A DNA stretch of 64,000 nucleotides from an uncultured Ralstonia sp. (lineage in GTDB: Bacteria > Pseudomonadota > Gammaproteobacteria > Burkholderiales > Burkholderiaceae), in contig CBJMVH010000021.1 in assembly GCA_966433195.1 (NCBI GenBank), positions 1,259 through 65,258 on the forward strand, given 5' to 3'. The notes under the pieces were generated by a model. The model made no database searches. It worked only from the letters and a program-made list of their open reading frames with translations, and was not told the origin of the DNA. Within the stretch, counting starts at the first letter, position 1. The number at the start of each line of letters is the position of its first letter. Made by a program: the position numbers and the translations under genes. Of the stretch, positions 57,099 to 64,000 are shown piece after piece.

Positions 57099-57493
57099 TC
57101 ACGTTGTCCATTCCGGTCCGCAACCGCCGGCTGGCGGTGATCGGCAATGCGCTAGATGCGGGCACGGTCGGCGGCATGCTGCGGGTCTATTCTGGCCCGC
57201 GCCCGGTGATCGGGCAGGCACTGAGCGAGCAGATCGTGCTGGTCGAACTGCGTCTGCCCAAGCCGTGCGTACTGAGCTTGGATAGTGGGCGACTGGTCTT
57301 TGCGCCGATCGGCGAGGCGTTGTGCCGGCGCTCAGGGATTGCCGTGTGGTCGCGGCTCGCCGATAGCGATGGGCGCTGGGTAGCGGATCTGGACGTGGGG
57401 CTTGCCGGCAGCGGTGCGGAGGTCGAGTTGTCAGCGCTGCAGCTGTTTGCTGGGGGCTCTGTGAACGTGAATCTGGCGGAAATCATCGAGTAG
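57095..57493 (+). CDS. Hypothetical tail protein
   Basis: ATGA-coupled; LRVYSGPRP...W.RLADSDG.WV.DLDVG. Confidence 0.65.
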   Translation: MITLSIPVRNRRLAVIGNALDAGTVGGMLRVYSGPRPVIGQALSEQIVLVELRLPKPCVLSLDSGRLVFAPIGEALCRRSGIAVWSRLADSDGRWVADLDVGLAGSGAEVELSALQLFAGGSVNVNLAEIIE

Positions 57494-57497
57494 CGCG

Positions 57498-59342
57498 GTG
57501 ACGGTCGATCTCGATTTCGAGGGGACGTGGACGGCCCCGATCGGCAACGCCACCGATCTCGACTTCGGCCTGCAGCAGGAGGCGGCTCCCGAGGCCATCA
57601 GCGCCGCGCTACGTATCCGGCTCGGGGCGCCCACCGTGCGCATCCGCGCCGGATACACCAACCAAGTGAGCCGCAAGCTCGAAGGCGGTGGCAAGGTGCC
57701 CTGGCAACGGCCGCGCTGGCAGACCAGTGTGCTGCAGGACGGCTGGAGCGAGACGGGGCGTGACCGGGCGGCGGTGGCTTCCTTGTGGAAGCCGACGGTC
57801 CCGTCTGCCGAGACCACCCGCTCGGCCAGTGGCGACAACGCCCGCAGCCGCGACGCCAGCCGGATTCCGTGGCAGGACGCCGAGAAGGTAGCGGGGGCCG
57901 CGACCGAGCGTTTCGATCCGTTGTCGCCCCGGCACGAACGGCTCGGTCTGCCCTGGGGCGAGAGCAGCGGCTTCCCAGCAGATGTTGCCAGCGGCTTCGT
58001 CTGGCTGGTGCAGCACCCACGTCGCCTGTCACAGGACTGGCAACTGGGGGTACCCCAGGCGCGGCGCTGGTGGTTCGGCTTTGCCCCCGGTGTCTGGCGA
58101 TCCGGGCGCTGGACGCTGCCGTGGCAGGTTGCGCGCCAGCCGCGCTTCGGCGAGTCACATCTGCCGGACGAGCCACCCGTGGTGCCGCCTGTCCCCAAGC
58201 ACAACCCAGATCTCGATTTCCTCTGCCGCGCACGCATGCAGGGCTTGGCGTGGCGGCCGTCACTGCTGCTCGACTTCGGCACGCACCCGTGCCCGCAACC
58301 CGGTGAGGGCGGTTTCAGTGTTCCGATTCTCAAGGTCTATTTTGTGAGCAACGCCGTTGACGTTGTGCGGCTGCCGGGGCGTGAGCCGATTCCTGTCCGG
58401 AGCCTTCAACTCTCCATCGATACCGATTCCTGGGCATGGGGGTTCTCAGCCAGCCTGCCATACCCGGCGCTGGAGCTAGTCGAGCCGACCGCGTCCGGGC
58501 CGGTGGAGATCGAGATCACCATCAACGGCGTGACCTGGGTGATGGTGGTCGAGGGCTTCGATGTACGACGCGAGTTTGGGCAGGCCAGCCTCAACATCCG
58601 GGGCCGTTCGTCGGCCGCCTATCTGGCCGAACCCTATGCGTCTAAGCGCTCCTTCATGCCGGGAGCGCCCTTTACCGCGCGGCAACTGGCCGAGCAGGAA
58701 CTCTCACGCGCGGGGCTGGTGACCGGCTTCCATCTCGATTGGCAACTGCCCGACTGGCTGGTGCCGGCGGGGAGCTGGGGCTATCAATCCCTGAGCCCAA
58801 TCGGGGTGATCGGCCGTATCACCGAAGCCGTAGGTGGTTACGTCAACGCCCATCCGCGCCTGCGCACGCTGGTGGCCAAGTCCCGCTATCCGGTGCTGCC
58901 GTGGAATTGGGCGAAGGAGGCGCCTGACCGGACTCTGCCCATCGATGTGGTCAAGACCCTGAACCTGCGTTGGCAAGAAAAGCCGACTTTCAACGCGGTG
59001 TACGTCTGCGGCGAGCGCGAAGGCGTCACCGGGCACGTCGTCCGGACCGGCACGGCGGGTGACGCCCTTGCAACGACCGTTGTCGACGGGCTGATCACCC
59101 ACGCCGATGCCGCCCGTGAGCGCGGGCGGGCGATCCTGGCCGACGTCAGCCGGCAAGCGGTGGTCACGCTGGAATTACCCATGCTGGAGACGCTCGGGTT
59201 GCTGCATCCGGGGTTGCTGATCGCCGTCGGCGAAGGTGCTTCGAACTGGCGGGGCCTCGTGCGTGGTACCCGCATCGCCGCCGAGTGGAACGAATCCCTG
59301 ACCGTGCGCCAGACCATCGAGGTCGAGCGCCACTACCTGTAG
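57498..59342 (+). CDS. Tail protein (hub/baseplate-like)
   Basis: 614 aa; Trp-rich spaced N-terminal region; IDTDSWAWGFSA...RGRS.AAYL. Confidence 0.68.
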   Translation: MTVDLDFEGTWTAPIGNATDLDFGLQQEAAPEAISAALRIRLGAPTVRIRAGYTNQVSRKLEGGGKVPWQRPRWQTSVLQDGWSETGRDRAAVASLWKPTVPSAETTRSASGDNARSRDASRIPWQDAEKVAGAATERFDPLSPRHERLGLPWGESSGFPADVASGFVWLVQHPRRLSQDWQLGVPQARRWWFGFAPGVWRSGRWTLPWQVARQPRFGESHLPDEPPVVPPVPKHNPDLDFLCRARMQGLAWRPSLLLDFGTHPCPQPGEGGFSVPILKVYFVSNAVDVVRLPGREPIPVRSLQLSIDTDSWAWGFSASLPYPALELVEPTASGPVEIEITINGVTWVMVVEGFDVRREFGQASLNIRGRSSAAYLAEPYASKRSFMPGAPFTARQLAEQELSRAGLVTGFHLDWQLPDWLVPAGSWGYQSLSPIGVIGRITEAVGGYVNAHPRLRTLVAKSRYPVLPWNWAKEAPDRTLPIDVVKTLNLRWQEKPTFNAVYVCGEREGVTGHVVRTGTAGDALATTVVDGLITHADAARERGRAILADVSRQAVVTLELPMLETLGLLHPGLLIAVGEGASNWRGLVRGTRIAAEWNESLTVRQTIEVERHYL

Positions 59343-59351
59343 GAGAACCCG

Positions 59352-59576
59352 ATGCCCAACCTGTGGCGGCAGTTCCAGGACTTGCTGCCGGATGCCCCCT
59401 TGCTGGTCGGCACGGTGGTGACCCGTCACGGTGATGGCACCGTCACGGTCGAACTGCTCGGCGGCGGATTGCTTCGCGTGATCGGGGAGGGCGCCCAAGG
59501 CGACCGGCTGTTCGTGCGCGGGACCGAGGTCATCGGTCCTGCTCCCACGCTCCCGACCGTCGAGATCGAAATCTAA
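59352..59576 (+). CDS. Small hypothetical tail protein
   Basis: RBS GGAG; NLWRQF..LLP..PL.VGTV. Confidence 0.65.
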   Translation: MPNLWRQFQDLLPDAPLLVGTVVTRHGDGTVTVELLGGGLLRVIGEGAQGDRLFVRGTEVIGPAPTLPTVEIEI

Positions 59577-59595
59577 ACCCGAATGCTTTGCAACC

Positions 59596-59622
59596 TGAAA
59601 CCCGCCCTCGTGGCGGGTTTCA
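59596..59622. terminator. Hairpin between tail and lysis genes
   Basis: Perfect 11-bp stem tgaaacccgcc-ctcgt-ggcgggtttca. Confidence 0.6.
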
Positions 59623-59640
59623 TCATTTTGGAGAACGTCA

Positions 59641-59931
59641 ATGAATGCACCGATGGTGGCCGATGGCATGGTGACCATGCCGCGCGCCGAATTCGAGGAA
59701 CTGCTGGAGCGCGTTGCCGAGCGCGGCGCGCGTGCTGCACTGGCCGAGGTCGGCCTTGACGGTGATGACGCCGCTACCGACGTCCGCGAGCTGCGCAGCT
59801 TGCTGGAAGCCTTCAATGCAGCCAAGCGCACCGCTTGGCAGACCACGGTGCGGATGATCACCACCGGCCTCGTGTTGGCGCTGGTCGCGGGGGCGGTAAT
59901 CAAGCTCGAAGTATTCGGGGGTGCCCGATGA
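59641..59931 (+). CDS. Membrane protein (DUF6127-like), possible holin/antiholin
   Basis: One C-terminal TM helix; first gene of the lysis cassette. Confidence 0.65.
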   Translation: MNAPMVADGMVTMPRAEFEELLERVAERGARAALAEVGLDGDDAATDVRELRSLLEAFNAAKRTAWQTTVRMITTGLVLALVAGAVIKLEVFGGAR

Positions 59932-60404
59932 TCGAGACCCTTCTGGGCGGCCTACTGGGCGGTGCGTTCCGCCTAGCCCCGGAAATCCTGAAGTGGCTCG
60001 ATCGCAAGGGCGAGCGCGGTCATGAGCTGGCGATGCAGGACAAGGCGCTGGAGTTCGAGAAGCTGCGCGGTGCGCAGCGGATGACCGAGATTGGCGCGAG
60101 TGCCGATGCAGCGTGGAACACCGGCGCCATCGAAGCGTTGCGCGATTCCATCACCGCGCAAGGGCAGACCTCCGGGGTGCCGTGGGTCGATGCGTTGGCG
60201 ATCACTGTGCGGCCTGTGATCACCTACTGGTTCATGGCCTTGTACTGCGCGGCCAAGACCGCAGCGTTCGCAGGCGCGGTCACCGCCGGGGCAGGGTGGG
60301 GCGCGGCCACGGTTCACGCCTGGACCGAGGCAGATCAAGCGCTATGGGCCGGTGTGCTGAATTTCTGGTTCCTGGGGCGTGTGTTCGACCGGGTGCGGCC
60401 GTGA
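59928..60404 (+). CDS. Putative holin-like membrane protein
   Basis: Hydrophobic segments; VRPVITYWF...FWFLGRVF; upstream of the lysozyme. Confidence 0.6.
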   Translation: MIETLLGGLLGGAFRLAPEILKWLDRKGERGHELAMQDKALEFEKLRGAQRMTEIGASADAAWNTGAIEALRDSITAQGQTSGVPWVDALAITVRPVITYWFMALYCAAKTAAFAGAVTAGAGWGAATVHAWTEADQALWAGVLNFWFLGRVFDRVRP

Positions 60405-60856
60405 CCACCGTACCGCTGGCGGCCATCGAACTGGCTAAGCACTTCGAGGGATTCCACCGTGTCCCGAAGGCCGATCCTGGCCGGGCCTACCCGTATGTGT
60501 GCCCAGCAGGGTACTGGACGATCGGGTACGGCCATCTCTGCGATCAAGCCCATCCGCCCATCACGCTGGCGCAGGCGGAAGCCTATCTGGCTGCGGACCT
60601 CGTGACGGCGCTCAATGCCACGCTGCGTTGCTGCCCCGTGCTTGCCACCGAGCCGGAGGGACGGCTCGCAGCCATCGTGGATTTCACCTTCAACCTTGGG
60701 GCAGGGAGGCTGCAGACCTCGACGCTGCGGCGGCGGATCAATCAGCGGGATTGGCCTGCAGTTGCCAATGAACTGAGGCGCTGGGTCCATGGTGGCGGAA
60801 AGGTGCTGCCCGGGCTGGTCGCGCGGCGCGAGGCCGAAGCGGCGCTCTTGATATAG
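60401..60856 (+). CDS. Phage lysozyme (GH24 endolysin)
   Basis: HFEGF...YVCPAGYWTIGYGH...FTFNLG...RWVHGGGKVLPGLVARREAE. Confidence 0.93.
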   Translation: MTTVPLAAIELAKHFEGFHRVPKADPGRAYPYVCPAGYWTIGYGHLCDQAHPPITLAQAEAYLAADLVTALNATLRCCPVLATEPEGRLAAIVDFTFNLGAGRLQTSTLRRRINQRDWPAVANELRRWVHGGGKVLPGLVARREAEAALLI

Positions 60857-60898
60857 ACAGCGTGACGTTTCGCGTTGGAGTGCCCCCCAATGCCACAG

Positions 60899-61201
60899 CT
60901 ACCCGCTGAGCGATTCCACCAGTGCGATGACCTTGGTGCGGTCGCTTTTTGGCAGGCGATGGAATTTGAGCAGCAGCGCCGCTTCCTCGTCGTGGATTGC
61001 GTAGAAGTATGCCGCCGGCACCTTGAGCACCGCCGCGATGCGTTCGACAAGGTCCGGATCCGGCACACGCTTGCCGAGTTCGTAGCGGTTCATACGGGTG
61101 CTGGCCGACATCGGATCGAGGCCAGCCTCGATGCCAAGTTTTTCTTGCGAGAGTCCGGCGCGCTGTCGCGCCTCCTTGAGCCGTCGGGCAAGTACGGACA
61201 T
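60899..61201 (-). CDS. XRE-family HTH transcriptional regulator
   Basis: RLKEARQRAGLSQEKLG...ASTRMNRYELGKRVP...YFY. Confidence 0.9.
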   Translation of the reverse strand: MSVLARRLKEARQRAGLSQEKLGIEAGLDPMSASTRMNRYELGKRVPDPDLVERIAAVLKVPAAYFYAIHDEEAALLLKFHRLPKSDRTKVIALVESLSG

Positions 61202-61301
61202 CTTCGTAGGCCAGAGGAATAAAGACGAAGATGGTCCGGGTCCGGACTCCACAACGTACTACCATTTTGGTAGGATAGGCGCAGTGATCCATTTGGCAAT
61301 C

Positions 61302-61583
61302 ATGAACGACACGAAACGGCACGATGCGCCTCTCGCCAGCGACACTTCATCTGGAACGTCAATCGACGATCTGTCAACGCAAAGCCGTGCCGCCGGCATC
61401 CTGCTGGTCATCTTCGCGGGAATCATGGCGCTTGCCATGGTGCTCAAACGGGATGCCGGCGCGCTTTGCGGTTTGACCAAGGGGGTGGTGTCGGTGATCG
61501 TGGACTGGCGAACCTGGGTGGTTGTAGCGCTTCTTGCGCTGATCGCCGGCTTGGCAGCGGTGTTGCTCGCGCGGCGCAGTTGA
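61302..61583 (+). CDS. Small two-TM membrane protein
   Basis: Two hydrophobic helices; divergent from the XRE gene. Confidence 0.55.
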   Translation: MNDTKRHDAPLASDTSSGTSIDDLSTQSRAAGILLVIFAGIMALAMVLKRDAGALCGLTKGVVSVIVDWRTWVVVALLALIAGLAAVLLARRS

Positions 61584-62006
61584 TCTGTCGCGCAATCGTT
61601 TTGCTGAGAAAGCAAGGAGATACGCATCAGAATGCGCGCCTCCAACTGCGAGAATGCCAGGCGATTGTGTCAGGCACTGGTACACCGTCGCAAGCCGCTA
61701 TCCGTGGCCGTTTGATGGCCGTTGCATCCTGCTGCAGTGCCATTTTCGTCGAACCTTACGCAGTCCCCCTTGGACACAACTCGACGCCGCCGCGTTATCG
61801 AACGTTAATAACCAGATAATTAAAGAATGATAATAATTGGCGGGCAATCCTAGCATTGGGCTACTGCAGTTCGTTTATCGATACGCTTGGCGGCGCGTGC
61901 ATTTGATGGAATATCTGATTTAAATAAATTTCATTCCGAAAGCGGTCAGAATTGCACGGGTTTCCCGCTAGCATCCCGCACCGCAGCCCACCCCCACCTT
62001 GCAAGG

Positions 62007-62588
62007 ATGACCTCGAACCGCCAGCCCCGACAGCCGCAGCCGGATTGGTCCGCTCTCTGGCAGCGCGGCAAGTGGATCACGGCCGACCTACCGCTGGGCG
62101 GCTGGAGTCGCGTACCCGCGCCACACCAGGAAGGCAGCGGAGGTTTTTGCCAGCGGTGCTGCGCCAGCATTCGCGGAGCCGCACAGTTGCTGCGCCACCC
62201 GAGCTACGACGGCGTTTTGCGTGTTGATGCGTTGTGTGCGAAGCAATTGCTCCAGGCCTCGCCCACATCGTCCTCCTACCAGCGACTGCCGCCGCGCAGC
62301 CGTGCGGCGAAACGGCTGTCTTGGATGGAGCGCCCCTGGAGGCGGGATAAGGCCGGCTATGCTTGCCTGCAGGCCGATGGTTATCTGGTGTTGAGCTACG
62401 CCCACGAAGACGCTTGGCGGTTCGAGGTCCGCAGGATCGGGGCGCAGCGGGCTGCTGCCCGCAAGGGCGATGGGTATCCCACCGACGAGGCGGCACGCTT
62501 CGCCGCCTTTGATGCGATCACCGAGTTGCTGCTGGCGGAAGCTAGGCGATCTGCACGCACGCGGTACATTTCGCGGGAGGCCGCCTGA
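62007..62588 (+). CDS. Hypothetical protein with Cys/His motif
   Basis: CQRC...LRHPSY...L.VD..CA; RBS AAGG; AT-rich upstream region. Confidence 0.6.
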   Translation: MTSNRQPRQPQPDWSALWQRGKWITADLPLGGWSRVPAPHQEGSGGFCQRCCASIRGAAQLLRHPSYDGVLRVDALCAKQLLQASPTSSSYQRLPPRSRAAKRLSWMERPWRRDKAGYACLQADGYLVLSYAHEDAWRFEVRRIGAQRAAARKGDGYPTDEAARFAAFDAITELLLAEARRSARTRYISREAA

Positions 62589-62590
62589 TC

Positions 62591-63475
62591 ATGAGCGGCA
62601 TCTTCAAGCAGACCGACGCCAACGGGCGAGTTACCTATTCCGATCTCCCGCCGAGCGCGTCCGGCAAGGTCGATGTCCTGTCGTCTTCCGGCAATCGCAA
62701 TGCCGATGAAGAAGCGCGTAAAGCGCACAAGGACGCCGTCACGTACATTAAGGAGGCACAGAAACGCGGGCCCAAGATCAAGGACTACCTGGACTATCTG
62801 GAGTTCCTACGTAACTACCGCCCCCTGCAGTTCGAGCAGGTGATGCGTGACTTGCAGCGCGAAGACCTGCAGACATGGATGAAGCTGCAGAAGTACCCCC
62901 AATTCCGTCCCCTGCGCGACACCGCGATCGGGCTCAAGGCCGCTGAGAAAAGCATCACGGCCGGCATTGGCCTGCTGACCGGCAAAGCGACGGGCAGCAT
63001 CGAGAAATGGCTTGAAACCACAGTCAAGGACATGATGAAGCGAGACCGCTGGGGGCCTTACGCCGACGTTCTCGGTGCCAAATCCAGCACCTTGCTAGAA
63101 CCGGTGCCGACCACCTATTCCAATTCCCGGTGGGGACAGTACGCCAAGGTCGAAGACCCGAAGGCGCTGCAGGCGGCCAAGGATGCAGCCAAGGCGATGG
63201 AAACGTCGCGGGCGGCGGTGCGGGCGTCAAGAGCGGCCGCTGTGACGCGCACACTTAGCCCTCTGCTGGACCTCGGGATTGGTGCGCTCGATACCGATTT
63301 CTTCAAAGGTATTTCCGCCATTGAAGGCATGCGACTAGGAAAAAAACTTGTCGAGAAAGGCATCTTGACGCCCGAAGAAGCGTTGGAGTTACGCGGCATG
63401 ATGGCCCGCTCGGAATTCGACCAGGCACGTGCGTTGATTGAGTCGGGTGCGGAACGCGCCTCGGGAGGTCGGTGA
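62591..63475 (+). CDS. DUF4124-like N-terminal domain protein with uncharacterised helical C-terminus
   Basis: IFKQTDANGRVTYSDLPP motif at the N-terminus; no signal peptide. Confidence 0.7.
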   Translation: MSGIFKQTDANGRVTYSDLPPSASGKVDVLSSSGNRNADEEARKAHKDAVTYIKEAQKRGPKIKDYLDYLEFLRNYRPLQFEQVMRDLQREDLQTWMKLQKYPQFRPLRDTAIGLKAAEKSITAGIGLLTGKATGSIEKWLETTVKDMMKRDRWGPYADVLGAKSSTLLEPVPTTYSNSRWGQYAKVEDPKALQAAKDAAKAMETSRAAVRASRAAAVTRTLSPLLDLGIGALDTDFFKGISAIEGMRLGKKLVEKGILTPEEALELRGMMARSEFDQARALIESGAERASGGR

Positions 63476-64000
63476 TGCGTAAAACAATCATCCTTCTCGG
63501 TCTGCTTGCGGCGACGATCGGTACGGAGTCTGTCATGGCGGGTCAGACAGCGCCCGTCCGAGCGTCCTGCCAACTGATGCCGGTCAAAGCCTTCGTGCCG
63601 TCGCGCGCGCCCAGGATGCCCGACGATGAGTTCATGCGTCTGGTGCTCACGACCGACGACGGAAATACCCTTCGGCAAATGCTGCCGGGAAGCCACATCG
63701 ATGAGTTGCGGGGGAAGACCAGGACGACCCTGCTGGCGCTGGCAGCATCGGTGGGCAATGTCAATGCGATACAGGTTCTACTGGAGAAAGGGGCTCAGCG
63801 TGACAAGCCGGCCGGCAACGGTGAAACACCTCTTGAGGCTTCCGTTCTGAACGGACAAGCAACGGCAGCCTGCTTCTTGATGCAACGCGGTGCCAAACTG
63901 CCTCGCCCTGCACAGAAGCCCTATCTCGTGCCTGCCGCCGCGCTCACGGAAGATTTCGCGTCTGCGGTCACACTCGTCACCCTGCTAAGTGACCACGATT
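63475..64000 (+). CDS. Ankyrin-repeat protein with signal peptide, 3' end outside window
   Basis: Not in the ORF track; hand translation MRKTIILLGLLAATIG...TTLLALAASVGNVNAIQVLLEKGA...GETPLEASVLNGQATAACFLMQRGA. Start overlaps the upstream stop (TGATG). Confidence 0.8.
   Translation, partial: MRKTIILLGLLAATIGTESVMAGQTAPVRASCQLMPVKAFVPSRAPRMPDDEFMRLVLTTDDGNTLRQMLPGSHIDELRGKTRTTLLALAASVGNVNAIQVLLEKGAQRDKPAGNGETPLEASVLNGQATAACFLMQRGAKLPRPAQKPYLVPAAALTEDFASAVTLVTLLSDHD

Larger units (their letters stand above)
12992..64000. mobile_element. Lambda-like siphoviral prophage with serine recombinase module, adjacent to tRNA-Ala; right boundary not seen
   Basis: Composition and content change directly after the tRNA; recombinase, replication, packaging, head, tail and lysis genes in phage order. 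No second att copy recognised in the window. Confidence 0.9.

Noticed and set aside
51849-59342. Diversity-generating retroelement or invertible tail-fibre switch
   Set aside because: No reverse transcriptase, template/variable repeat pair or invertase with flanking inverted repeats recognised in the window.

Overview
GC-rich betaproteobacterial DNA; gene content and order look Ralstonia/Cupriavidus-like (inference). Bases 1-12.9 kb are core chromosome: a 3'-5' exonuclease, an MBL hydrolase, rlpA, rsmI, yraN, a BON lipoprotein, a flavocytochrome c pair, an EamA transporter and a sox cluster (cyt c-soxY-soxZ-dsrE-soxA-soxX-thioredoxin-soxB, no soxCD), ending at tRNA-Ala(CGC). From about 13.0 kb to the window end lies an apparently intact lambda-like siphoviral prophage adjacent to the tRNA 3' end. 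It has a serine recombinase module, replication genes, a cos-like site, two ParB-methyltransferases, head, tail and lysis genes; its right end is not visible. The most interesting material is accessory: (1) a convergent ASCH + 2TM-protein / GNAT + MerR-like module with a palindromic operator next to the tRNA; (2) an orphan Nmad2-like gene beside the methyltransferases; (3) three small genes each preceded by the same 28-bp motif; (4) an H-NS plus PD-(D/E)XK-like nuclease moron; (5) a DUF6037-like moron; (6) a DUF4124-like/ankyrin pair after the lysis genes. All family assignments come from motif recognition by eye, not database searches.
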